A DNA stretch of 63,997 nt, filler included, from Perkinsus olseni (Eukaryota), in NCBI GenBank assembly GCA_013115125.1. It is 5 parts of 5 records of this genome, joined end to end, with 100 filler letters (N's around TTAATTAATTAA, not from the genome) between each part and the next. Parts side by side here need not be neighbours in the genome. Positions count along the whole stretch, not along the records: positions 1 to 13,729 come from JABANN010000746.1; positions 13,830 to 27,542 come from JABANN010000747.1; 3 more parts are not named here. One strand, written 5' to 3'. The notes beneath the pieces were generated by a model. It did not search any database, was not told the DNA's origin, and saw only the letters and a program-made list of their open reading frames with translations. The number at the start of each line of letters is the position of its first letter. Within the stretch, counting starts at the first letter, position 1. Below are positions 13,591-25,033 of the stretch, in pieces. The translations under genes were made by a program, and so were the position numbers.

Positions 13591-13729
13591 GTACACTATC
13601 GGATAAACACCGAAAACTCGTACACTATCGCTTCGTACACGGCTCGTACACTGAAGACTCGTTCACTCATCGGATTCATACATCGTCATTTCGTACATTT
13701 GAGACTCGTACACGTAATACTCGTACTCA
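13591..13729 (+). repeat. Dispersed (TC)GTACAC motif array
   Basis: About 8 copies or variants of TCGTACAC with variable spacers, running into the contig end. Confidence 0.65.
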
Positions 13730-13829
13730 NNNNNNNNNNNNNNNNNNNNNNNNNNNNNNNNNNNNNNNNNNNNTTAATTAATTAANNNNNNNNNNNNNNN
13801 NNNNNNNNNNNNNNNNNNNNNNNNNNNNN
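13730..13829. other. Artificial contig linker
   Basis: N-run + TTAATTAATTAA (stop codons in all six frames) + N-run, 100 bp in total. Confidence 0.98.
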
Positions 13830-14242
13830 CCACCAGAGCTGCGAGCACGGGCGTGTATGTCGCTCTTCTTGCCAGTGGCTCTACACTAGTACCACTGTCA
13901 TTGAGCGAGGCGGATAAACTCGATCTAGCTACGAATAGCTGCACTTTATACTCTGGGCGGGACTTGAACCCGCAACCTTTGGAATAGAAGTCCAACGCTC
14001 TATCCGATTGAGCCACCAGAGCTGTTTAGATTACCTTGTATATTCCTTTCTGTGCGAATGGCTCTCAACACTACTACCACATGGCATGTGGCGAGGCGGA
14101 TGAACTTGGCTACAGCTACGAATAGCTGCATCTCCTGCTCTGGGCGGGACTCGACATTACCGTGCGTGTAGCGCCGCGTTTTACCTCGATCAAGCAACGA
14201 TAGTTACATCTGTTACTCTGGTCAGGACTTGATGCCGCGACT
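13830..14242 (-). repeat. Edge of a tandem tRNA-Arg(TCT) array (~185-bp unit) with decaying copies
   Basis: tRNA 5' end at 13830-13839, a full tRNA at 13949-14022, and 3'-end fragments at ~14137-14155 and 14214-14242. The two spacers are homologous. Confidence 0.8.
13949..14022 (-). tRNA. tRNA-Arg (anticodon TCT)
   Basis: GCTCTGG TG GCTC AATCGGATA GAGC G TTGGA CT-TCT-AT TCCAA AGGTT GCGGG TTCAAGT CCCGC CCAGAGT A; all four stems pair. Confidence 0.95.
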
Positions 14243-14407
14243 AGAAAAAAAAGACAGCTTCAGGACTCAATGATATAAGCCACAGCCGTCGCGACGATGA
14301 TATAAGCCACAGCCGTCGCGAGGGGTCGAGCCGCGCTTGCCAGGGGGGGGCCTTCAGACGGGACACCAACCGGTCCCTGTGATCGCCTCACGTAACCATC
14401 TGCTCAG

Positions 14408-15373
14408 ATATTGTCATTCATTCTGATATTCAAGTCTTCAAATCCCGAACGGAGGGCGCTCACGGGCCAGATGCCGCAGCAGAGCTCAAAACGTTTCCCT
14501 TGGTTGGGAAGGGGCCCTTCCTGTGCACTCAAGCGGCGGGCGGAAGTCTCACGCATTTTGCGCATGCAGGGACCAACTACGCTCTCGACTTCAGGTGTGA
14601 GGCAGGTAAGTCCTACTCAAAAGGAATCCACGGAACGGCCGCTGGCTAGGTACACCGGTCAGATCTGTCTGCGATGGCCGCGTTATTGATGTGCGAGCTG
14701 CCAACACTTGCGGAGGCATCGACGTCGACAGCCTGTACAAGTGGAATTCAATCACTATCCAATCTCTGAAGGACAGGTGGGTTAGTATTGAAGGACGGGT
14801 TCGTGGAAAACGCGGCATGTCCCGTTTAATCGCAGTCGTGACGAAAGGGCTCATGCCTTGAAGAATCGTAATAATCACCTTGCCTGCTCAATCACTGAGT
14901 CTGAGTCCGCTGATGAAGCTCTTCTTCTCGGTATTTGTTTCGCCTGTGTCGTCCTTGGACTGTCAACTCACACGCCCCTCCTGCCGCCAAAGCTCTTCTT
15001 CTCAGTATTTGTTTCGACTACGTACACCTCTCTGCCGATGGTATGACCGTAAAAGTCAATGACTTGGTCACAGAGGGGCAGATTATCGCCACATCAGGGG
15101 ACGTTGGGTTCACGCCGGGTGAGGAATCTCTTACCATTTTCAGGATGCTCCGCTATGTCAAACTCGCAAGTATTCATCGCAGAGCCGCCACGGCTTTGTT
15201 CCACAGATTGCGTGGCTCATCTTTCGGTCGTCTCAGAGCCCCACCTTCACTTTCAAGGCCTCAAGTCATCGGCACCCGATGCACCCTCCGTTCCTCTCAA
15301 GTTTCGCTTCGGATCAGAGTTGGCTGTCACCATCGAGGCTGGCCAATACTACCCTCCCCCAGCTGCTCCTTAG
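14408..15373 (+). CDS. Peptidase M23-family protein, multi-exon, 5' exon(s) not resolved
   Basis: Spliced reading: ..PFLCTQAAGGSLTHFAHAGTNYALDFRCEAGTPVRSVCDGRV..YVHLS..VTEGQIIATSGDVGFTPEPHLHFQ.. It carries the M23 (H)xxxD-type and HxH zinc motifs. Confidence 0.8.
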
Positions 15374-15539
15374 TAGAGAGCATCGATCGATCGCGCACGT
15401 TTCTATCACCGACAAGTCGCGATGTTTCATTCGGAGCGTTCGCGTGGTCAATGGGTTCTCCGGACTTCAAGCGGCGGGACTTTTGAGGAGGAGAGTCCGA
15501 GAACACAATGCCAGTCGAGCAGGAAGGATTCAATAATAT

Positions 15540-17140
15540 TTTAATATCAGTCCACCAAGCTCTGGGCACAACAATAGCATTGCTCGTCCCACCGGTGGTC
15601 GGCACAGCTTTGTGACCGCTGTTGTTGTACAAACAGCATGCAACGAAGCCATTATGCAGCAACTAAGAGGGGACACGCATAGAGATGATGGAAGGCTCTC
15701 TCACCTACCCTAGAATCCCCAGCCACTCGAGCGTCTTTCCGCACCAGTTGGCCGTTGATCCAGAACGTAACGTAGAGGTCAGACTTCGCCAGCTCGCACG
15801 GGGTCTCAGAATCGTGTATCCGATCGCGCTTGTTGCGGCAGGAGCATTTCTCGAGTGACGGCCACTTGAAGTCGACGGCGATATGATACCTACCACCGTC
15901 ACATGACCGGAGAATCTTCCGAGTGCGGAGCTGACCATTTCCTCGGCTCATACGCCCATGCCGGACATCCAGTGGCACTGATGCCGTTCTCCATGAACCC
16001 AATGACAAAGGCAGAGGCAACCGGACATAACGCTGAGGGAGGAGGTGGCTCCAAGTGGACGGAACCTCCGTGACCTACCGCCCCCTCTGGGTATGAGCTG
16101 TGACACGGCCGAGGCCTGCGCTGCGGGCGCCTGGTAAGGAGAGGCTTCTGAGGAAGGACATAGATCGTCTATGATAGGTGTTGGACCTTCTGAGGCTTCC
16201 TTATCTAACCCCACCACCCCGTCTTGGACCCGAGATGTGGGGGAAGGCAACTTACGTTGTGGCAGCGTCGAGAGCAAAGCGAGACAGCCTTGGCCTTGAT
16301 GCATCCGTCCACCTATACGGCATCTGAATTCCACCTAACAGGAAGATGGTTACGCTCCGCGATCGACGGTTCTCCGAACATGGCCAAACCGAACGCCAGA
16401 GACCACTATCATGACCACACGATGCGGGTTTTTGAGGAGTTCTGAGGCTAAAAGCACACCTAGCACCCTGCTCACCCTTCTCGGCTTCACTCCAGTGTTC
16501 TGTCTGATGGTATGCAGATATAGACCAGAGTAAGGGTAGCATGTCCTGTTCACTGGGCCTAGAATAGTCAGGCACTTCGATGAAGAGGGAGGACACGGGC
16601 TGGAGGGATCTCCAGCATCCTGAAGATTGCGCTGTTGGACGACGACTGCTTCGTAAGCTCCTCACATGCTCCTCGTCCGAGTTCTTCGTCATTTCCACTA
16701 CTTTACACTCTCGGAGGTCCACCGCCTGATTCTGCTCGTCGCTGCAGCAAGACGGCAGTTCACAGCAGTCGAACGGCGGATGGCGCTCTTATTACACCGA
16801 CAGCGGCCCTCGCAGCCACTTCTTCCCCCAGTCACTCGTCGTGAAGGTCTCTTCTATGTATACAGTTTCCAGCCGGTACATCGCACGCAACAGCTGGGCC
16901 TAGCAAGATGAGATCGCCACTGGTGCACGGCCTGGTCAGCACTACCGTCGAGGGCTTCACTTCCTTGCCATTCATCACTACGCTGGTTACTCTTATGCCT
17001 CTCGACTTGGCAATTTCCACGATCTCCCCCATCTCCAGTTTCGCTAACATCATCTTACACGTAGCGCGGGCCCTGTCACAGAGGATGAATTTTCACAGGA
17101 ACTCAGGCTTGGCAGAGGCCCTCATCAGTCTTACCTAGCT
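15540..17140 (-). CDS. Probable multi-exon hypothetical protein
   Basis: Exon-like ORF pieces (16832-17053, 15652-15940) flanked by GT..AG introns. No family recognised; boundaries uncertain. Confidence 0.3.
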
Positions 17141-17990
17141 ATGTCCTTGCCACCCAGGAACCAGCAGCAGAAGCTCAGCAGTGTGCAGCCCGTCTCCGTG
17201 GACCTCCAATTTCGCGGCACACGATTACGCAAGGGGAACGGCCTGCAATGGACGGTAGAAAGGAGAGCGACAACGGACAGCCCGCGAGCTCACCCGGATG
17301 GCGGTGCAGGTGGCGCGGCTTGAGATTGCGCGGGCCTCGCTACGGCAGCTCCCCGACCCGTCAGCAGCACCTAGAGTTGGATACCACACCTTCACGAGTT
17401 CTTAAAGGCGGCGCCCTCGCAGGATGCTCCTTCGAATGAGTATGCCTACCTTCCGCGGTGGTGCACCATAGAGCTGCTGGAGTTGGGGATTGGTAAAGGC
17501 CGAGGCATGGCCAAGCATGCTGGTCCAAACTGCGTAGGAGGTTGTTCTCACCGTACCATCTCGTCACCAACTCATCAACGCAACTCTGAGGGACTCATCA
17601 TGCAGGCAAAGACGGTCGTATGATAGTAGGCCTTAACAGCAGCAGCCGCAGGAGCAATCATGCAAAAGGGTGGTGGTGGTCTCCACGCGAGGGAGTTCTA
17701 TAACAACAGCAATCTAGTAGGAAAATGACAACTATTGGATACATCTATCGGGCTACTACCTAGGTTGAAAAATTACCACAGTGAGTGCAGAAATGAAGGA
17801 GAAAAACCTTGTGAGAATTCACAATCCAGAATCGGAGCAACGACTAGCCCGGTCCAGCCGCCCACCACGGTCGTTCAGAAATCGCTAGCCTCGCGGAAAA
17901 TAGATCCAGTAAAAATGAGACCAGCTGAAGCGATGACAATACCAAAACCCGACAGTCAAGTCGTAGGCAGCAGCTACGACTGCTGCAGAG

Positions 17991-19499
17991 TCAACGACCT
18001 CCCACGGATTCCGCAATGAGGATCCACTCGTCCTCCGAAGCCTTCGCCGGCGACTCTTCCCTCGCCTCGTTAATGCCGCTAGCGTCTTCATTCACGCCGA
18101 AAGTAATAACCTGTCCGTCCACATCCCAGTGAGTAGCAGCTCCAAGACGAGTACTCGGGGTATCAGCATCACGGTAAGAATTACCACCAACTGTAGTAGT
18201 CGACGTGGCGGTGTCCGAACTGGCAGATCTCTCACGAAGAGGACAGAGCTGCGAGCTCCACACCAACGTAGCCTTCTCACCGCAAACGCTCGGATCGTAA
18301 GCGTATCGAGAGGCGTTGCCGTTAAGACCGCAGACTAAAAGCGTGTTTGCACTCCCAAACTGCAGGGCCAGCTCGAGCTCCCCAGCAACTTGAGGAAGGT
18401 CAACGAAGCTCCAAAGGACCACTGAAGTTTTCGTCTTTCCCAAGGGCTTCTGTGCCGCCGAGGGAGAGCTGAGTCCAAATATTTTACCGGCGATGAACTC
18501 CGCCAACTCAGAACCTTCTCCGAACTCCCTCACTGTTGTCGTTACAATCTTGAATATGACAATTTGGCACCTCGCCCCGTCCACCCCGGCGACGAACTGC
18601 TCGCTCTCCGATATTACCAGTTCGCTAAGTCCCCTGCGTTTCAAGGGCAGGTCGTAGAATGCACGATTGCGGCTTCGCACGGCGTTGTCGGCCTTCCCCG
18701 GTTTGAAGCGGCCAATGACGCTGCACTGCTTGGGGTCGCCTTCGTTGACGGCTCCCAACACCCACAGACTTCCGTCCTCGAGCCCGCAGGCCGTAACGCT
18801 TCCGGTGGTCGCAACACTGCGAACGTGCTGATGGCGCCGCACCGGTAGAGTCATCCGAGACCCGTCCAAGCGGCCGCAGACGATGTGACCTACCCGAGGC
18901 TCCAAGGTGACTACTACGGAAGGTCGGCGGCGATCCTTGGCTGGCGCCAGAGCAACAGTACCGCAAATATTGGGGCACGTATCGAGCTTCATGATGAGGG
19001 TCACACTAAAGGAGTAGACCCTCAACGTAGCTTCCGAGGCCACCGCGAAGCACCGTGACCCCACGACCACGTTGAGAACTGGTTCGGTCATGACTATCTC
19101 GGTGACAATGGCTGGGGGGGTGTGGAGGTCGTAGAAGGAGACTTTGGTTGGTTCGAAGCGGCTCCCTTCCCCGCCGACGCCCACCAGTGCCATTACCTTG
19201 TCGCCGCTCGGCAAGGCGCTGAGGACGGCTTCTAACGACAAAGGCTTCGCTATTACGTACCCGTCGACACAGTTCGGAACTTCGATTACTTTCAACAGAG
19301 TGGCTTCGGGTGAGTCCAAGTCGCAGAAGGATATCTCGCCCGACTGATGGCCGAGCACCACGATGGCACTACCGGGCTTAGTGAGGGATGATAGAGTCGT
19401 GGGAGGAGGGCAAGGACGGCGACGAAGAATCGACAAACAGGTGACCGGAGAGGTGGGATGCTTTAGGGGCTTCTCGTCGGTGGAGGGGCATGCAGGCAT
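17991..19499 (-). CDS. PROPPIN/WIPI (Atg18/Hsv2-like) WD40 beta-propeller
   Basis: Single long ORF. ALVGVGG..FEPTKVSFYD and LDTCPNICGTVAL resemble WIPI3/4 motifs, and LKRRG resembles the F/LRRG lipid-binding motif. First ATG at 19499. Confidence 0.65.
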   Translation of the reverse strand: MPACPSTDEKPLKHPTSPVTCLSILRRRPCPPPTTLSSLTKPGSAIVVLGHQSGEISFCDLDSPEATLLKVIEVPNCVDGYVIAKPLSLEAVLSALPSGDKVMALVGVGGEGSRFEPTKVSFYDLHTPPAIVTEIVMTEPVLNVVVGSRCFAVASEATLRVYSFSVTLIMKLDTCPNICGTVALAPAKDRRRPSVVVTLEPRVGHIVCGRLDGSRMTLPVRRHQHVRSVATTGSVTACGLEDGSLWVLGAVNEGDPKQCSVIGRFKPGKADNAVRSRNRAFYDLPLKRRGLSELVISESEQFVAGVDGARCQIVIFKIVTTTVREFGEGSELAEFIAGKIFGLSSPSAAQKPLGKTKTSVVLWSFVDLPQVAGELELALQFGSANTLLVCGLNGNASRYAYDPSVCGEKATLVWSSQLCPLRERSASSDTATSTTTVGGNSYRDADTPSTRLGAATHWDVDGQVITFGVNEDASGINEAREESPAKASEDEWILIAESVGGR

Positions 19500-19882
19500 G
19501 TGATGGCAATACTGTGTGGTGACACCAGTACGTACCAGTAACAACGCGACAGTTCCTAGTAATGGTCAAAGAATCATCACGCCCGAGGTTGATAGGAGCA
19601 CAGCCCGATAAAGGGTGAATCTTCAGCCTGCGATGAGGCTGAGTCTTGCCTTGGCCACTTCAGTGAAAAGGTCTTCCCGTGAGCAACAGAGCGCGGACTT
19701 GGAGCCTGTGTGCTACGACGTGAGAGAATCTTCTGTCTCTCTAGTCGTGTTCCTACTCGTTAGAACTCTCACGTCTGGTCCGGAGCATCGTAAGAGCGCG
19801 TAAGTAGCGCGCGCCATCCTGATCGATCAATTGCTTCCTTGCAAGACCGTATTCTTCATCGGGAAGCAGCAGCAGCAGTGTA

Positions 19883-21052
19883 ATGGTTACTCGCCTGATC
19901 GCTTCACACCTGTTCCGTCGTCCTAGAGGGGCTCTCGCGCCTTCCCTTCGCGTCGGGGGGTGCATGGTGTCTCAGAGGAGAGCTTACAATGGAGGTAAGC
20001 CGAAGGCAAAGGAACAATGTCCGACTTGTGTATCGCGAAAAGAGTTTTCTGAACCCACGTCGTCGTTTGCTGCGGACGCTGTTGGCGAGTCGATCGGATC
20101 TTCATGGCAACGGAGAGGCGAAGATGGTTCTATTGTAGGTTACCCCTTCCACTACGTAGTGCAGTACGACGACCCGAACTACGACTGCGAGGCTGACTTC
20201 GAGTTCGAGGAGATCCCGAGAGATGAGTTCGGGGTGCCAGCGCACATCCCGCCGGAGCTATGTAGGGTCTGTGAGTTGCGAAAAAGTTGGTATTGGAATT
20301 GACATTCCCTCAGCTACTCAAATTCGTCACACTTACTACGTGCCGCCCCAGTATTACCCTTTTCTGAAGAAGTTAGGGGAGGACACCCCCGAGTTGAAGC
20401 CTTACACGGACAAGGTGCTCCACTAGGAGAGGTCCATGGTCATCAGCTTTCTCAGTTGATCATGGGAGATATGACCTATGATGATTACGAGGAAATGTTC
20501 TATAAGTTTGCCAAGCCTCTCAAGATTTATAGGAGCCGTCTGCCGCTGCCGTACAGGACGGATGCCGAGATAGCTCAGGAGAAATACGTAAGAGTGTACT
20601 GGGTCTTTGAGGTCCCAGAGGTACAGGACGAGTTTGAAGGGGCGAGATGAATGCAATGCTGCGTAGAGGGTCGGAGAGAACTACCTTCTACCGCTGCACT
20701 TTCATATTGAGTAGCGTTAGGCGGGCGTGCTCTTCCTCGCCCCGCTGCGATGGGATTAAGTCATCGGTTGTGCTGTTGTAGGTGGCTTGGTGTGGTAAGT
20801 GGTACTCCTATCGCCAGAGAGTTCAGGGCGACTATTATTCTCGTCATTACTTCCGCGACTGGCTCATAGGGATCTTGCTGGGCACGTATCTTGGCAACCT
20901 CTATGTCAAGCAACACAGACAGTACACTTAGGGAGAATCACTAGTTTGTGAGTGGAAGGGCTTCCCCTAGGTACCGCGTCGATATGAAGTTGTTCTACTT
21001 GGAAGCTCCCGAGCATAAGATAAACTGGGTGAAGCCGCGTGGTGATCTGTAG
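19883..21052 (+). CDS. Mitochondrion-targeted myzozoan-type protein, possibly a cytochrome c oxidase ApiCox30-like subunit
   Basis: Arg-rich presequence. Five GT-AG introns give a coherent protein with one TM segment (WLIGILLGTYLGNLYV) ending YLEAPEHKINWVKPRGDL. The family call is from recall and is unverified. Confidence 0.55.
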
Positions 21053-21266
21053 ACCATGATAGACATGATGGCGTTTTGTTGCTTTTTGTCACTATTATTC
21101 ACTTTTTACCGTACAGCGAGTTGGTCGCCCTTGGGTAACCTCTCGCAGGCTGTGATCGATTGCCGACGGGCTTCCTCGCCCGAGAAGCTACTGCACAGCA
21201 TATCAAGATTGGGATTTTCTCATTCCCTACATGGCTCGAGTTATAGTGGGGTATCATAGGTTGACT

Positions 21267-23607
21267 ATGGCCATCAGTGGATCTTCCTTTTCTTCGCTTC
21301 GCATCGGGGTGCAATCGCTGAGCCTTCCTCTGTAGTTTCTGCCCCTCTTTTTCTATCTTGCATCGAGTAGCTGAGGGCTTCCATGGCGGTGAGCGAGTTC
21401 TACCCAGCCACCACAGTGAGCAGGGCGGAGCTTCTGAGCCGACTGAAGACCGAGGATGGAGAGTCCAAGGCTGTCGAGGGGCGCTTGGAGAAATGCCGGT
21501 AGTGCCTTCAGGGTGTGCCGCCGCTCTGTGGCAGCCGATCTCCCGTAGTGTGCTTTCAGACGGAATCATCGAGTGAAGGTAGCCCATCTTTGCGAACTGC
21601 GACTGAACGAGAGGACCTTCCCGGCCGGAGTGCTCACCCTAGCTCATCTTAGGAGAGTTGATTTGAGCTACAACAACCTCAAACGTGTGCCCGGGGAGTA
21701 AATGGAGGGAGGTGAGGTCTTCTGGCGAGGTTTTGTGTCGATCATCAGGTTGGCCCGACTAGAAGCTCTACAAGAGATTTGGCTAGATGCCAATCCTTTG
21801 GAAGAAGTAGGAGGTGAATGGAAGCAACGAGAGGTGTCTGTTCGTGCTCAGCTCCCAGTGTCCCTGCATCGATTGAAGCACCTCCGGCTGCTGTCACTGC
21901 AAGAGCTGCCGAGGCTGAGGAACGTCCCTCGGGAATACGCGGAGCTTAGGCCTACGTTGGTGGACGTGGGAGGACTGGCGGGTGGGCAAGGATGACGTAC
22001 CGCTATCGTCGAACTGAAGGCTGCTTCGTGGGCGCTTCATGCAGACTACTGCTGTCTCTGCTAGAAGGATGGGGAGATAGCTACCGCGCTGCCTAGAAGA
22101 AATGCTTGTGGGGACCCCTCCCTTGTGTAGGGGTTTGCTTGCTGCTCAGACTGCCCCGCGATGAATGAGAAGCTGTTGGAGGCCCTTCATGAGGGAGGTA
22201 TAGATGGCTTCTTCAGAGTTCTGGAGATCAAGCATTTACGAAGGCAGCAGCAACATAAACTTGTACGTCGAGCTAGGTGTGGTCCAGCCAGGCCGTGTGA
22301 CGCCCGTACGTTTCCTATCAACGTTCGTTCGATTGGAGGATGCTCGCGCCCCTATCGGATTGGATTTATCCGGTCAAGTTTTGCTTATGCTGTGTCCAGG
22401 GCTCGACCATTGTTGCACTGGTCGGATATCTTGTCGAGCATTGATGTGGTTTACATCGTTTTGTGGTTGTAGATGAAGGTTCTTTCGGAAGGCCTCTACC
22501 CCTTTGAGGACCCCTCAGCCCTCCAAGCCTGTGTCCAGAGACTGACTAGGAAGATCAAGATCATCAACTCTGCCACTCCGGAAGCAGCTAAGCTGGCCAT
22601 GTCGCGTCTGATAAAGTGAGTAAAGGCCGACGGAGCGACTACTATCTAGGTGTGATGGTCTAGACACGGCGAACGGATCTTCCCGGCTGTCTTCTCGGAA
22701 CTGGACGAGGCCACGGTGCTCGAGAGACTCAAGCAGTTCGATGAGGAGCTGCAGTCCAGAGAGGAGGTGACAGTCAGCGGTCGAGAAGGTGGGCAGGCGA
22801 GGGTTGGAGGCCCTGAGTATGGTAGGTGACTGCTCTCGAGCTCAAGGTGAAGGCGGCCATGCCGGACCTTCCTGGAGATGTGGCCCATCGTCTGGCACTA
22901 GAAGTGAGGACAAGTGGTCTCAGGAGACTTGGGCGGCCTACGGAGAATTGTCGTTTCAGTTTAGATCTGTTCTATCGGCGGCTAAGATGGGATCGATCGT
23001 TCGTGACTGGAGGGAGCTATTCCCGCTGTCGAAGATGAGTAGACACGAGCAGGGGATATTATCCGCACTAGTTGGTTATGGTCAGGTACGTCAGAGATGC
23101 TGGGTAAAGGTATGTTCGGCGTGGGGTCTATATTGGAGCGACAAGCGGAGTTGCACCGCCTGCGAGAGCTCGAGCTCATCAGGTCTTTGCTCGGATGACG
23201 GGCCGTCAGCACTGCTCAGTTCAGGGCGACCTTCATGAGTGCCTACCGTCCTGCTTCAGAGGAGATCGTCAACCCATTGATTGATTACGTAATCTGCAGC
23301 GGGCTTGGGTTCTGCTTGAGCCATCTGTTGGCTCGCCAGTTCGTGTCCTCGGTGAGGTCTGAGGAGAGGAACGACGGCTGCGGCTGCTAGCTGAGAATGC
23401 GTTGAAGGAACGACTCCCTGGTGAGGTCTATGCCTGTATGAATTGGATTTCTCATACGGCCCTTCTTCAGCCACCGTAGAAGACAGCCTGAGATTGATGA
23501 AGGAGGGCCTGCCATTGGTAGTGACTGATGAGCCCTCTCCTGGCAGCCCTGATGGGAATGGGGTGGAGGTCAGGGCGGCTGTTGCTGCTGCAGTGGAAGA
23601 CGTGTAG
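21267..23607 (+). CDS. Leucine-rich repeat protein, multi-exon
   Basis: LRR motifs LAHLRRVDLSYNNLKRVP, LEALQEIWLDANPLEE and LKHLRLLSL lie across short introns. Start and stop are tentative. Confidence 0.7.
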
Positions 23608-23805
23608 TGCTGGTGAGCTCTATAGGCCCCCTCACCAACTCAGGCATGAACACACGATGCTATGAACCACTTGTTGTTTGTCATGAACAATTCTGTTGTT
23701 TTGGTGGGCTGGCGTTGGTCGTGATGGTCGTCCGGTCATCCTTTTCGCAGCTTTACCATTGGCTCTCGTTGTCGTTGCTTCCTCACCGTCGTCCCTCGGC
23801 TGTAA

Positions 23806-25033
23806 ATGTCAACTAACGTAGAAACCGGAGCTTTCGAAGGAGCTGTTAACGAGACAACCGCTGCTGCTGCTGCTGATGTCGTCGTCGTTGATGTCGAAGC
23901 TGATGGGCATCCCACTGTGGAGGGCAACGCGGAGAATGATCATGAGGTCGACGCGGATGACCTGGATTTGGGAATTGATGGTGATGATGAGATCATGGAG
24001 ATGCAGCACAAGATACAGGAGCTCGAGGATGAGGCTGAGCGACTGAGGCAAATGACCGAGCAGAGTAATGGCGCCGTGAAACGCTTGTTTACACGCTCGG
24101 CGTGGTGAGCTCGGCGTGGTGTGGGAATTTGTTCCTGCCAGGTGCGACGGGGAATGGTGACGCCGCCTCTGATCACGAGAGCGTGGAGATGACTCCTGAG
24201 CAGCAGGCGGCTCAAAGCCAAGAGCAGGACAGGCGATCGGTAAGGGCGAAAATGCTTTCCTCTGATCATGAAAGAATCCACTTGCCCGCCTCTTGTGTCA
24301 GATCTACGTTGGTAACGTCGATTACGGTTCAGCGCCGGAGGAGCTGCAGGAGCATTTCAAGAGCTGTGGCTCAATCCAACGGTACTGACGGGTGGCTAGC
24401 TTGTGTGAGGGCGGATCTCTGGGATGATTGAGCAAAGCTGCTTGACCGCGTCCCTCGCCTGACTTACCCTCATCCTCTGCTCAGGATAACGATCATGGTC
24501 GATAAGTACAGTGGGCACCCTAAAGGCTTCGCGTACATTGAGTTTGGTGACGAAGCTTCAGTAAGCGGGCAGCCAGCGAGTCTCGTTCGTAGTTCATGCT
24601 GTGGTTTCGGCACGAATGGTTGGCTCACAATGGTAGACTACTATTATCAAGTGCGATCGATGACTTTGCTCCTGTTGTTGACTTTGCATGCGGTAGGATG
24701 TTTGATGTTGTAGGTTCAAAACGCTCTTCTACTCAACGACACTATGTTCCGAGGTCGACAACTGAAGGTCCTTCAGAAGCGCACAAACTTACCCGGCTAC
24801 AACGCCAAGGGCAAGGGTTGGGGCAAGGGTAGGAAAGGGTTGGTATTACGCGTGCGTTTTGCGGAGGACTTTTAATTAAGTGCTTCGGGGCGGCTATAAT
24901 CGCTTATCTCATTGGTCGTTCATCTTCAGGCAAGGGATACTATGGCAGCTACAGAGGGTGGTACGGTAGCTCTAAGGGCAAGGGAAGCAGCAAGGGGAAG
25001 GGCAAGGGAGGCAAGGGATGGTCTCCCTATTAA
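23806..25033 (+). CDS. PABPN1: Nuclear poly(A)-binding protein 2 (PABPN1/Sgn1-like)
   Basis: Acidic N-terminus, coiled coil ([14 protein letters not shown]) and RRM ([44 protein letters not shown]). The KG-rich tail ends WSPY; five introns. Confidence 0.92.

Noticed and set aside
13730-13829. TTAATTAATTAA palindrome recurring every ~13.8 kb
   Set aside because: It is embedded in N-runs and is an artificial six-frame-stop linker between size-sorted contigs (13713, 13697 and 13694 bp).
24421-24462. Box C/D snoRNA in a PABPN1 intron
   Set aside because: Too short, and the CTGAC is better explained as the branch point.
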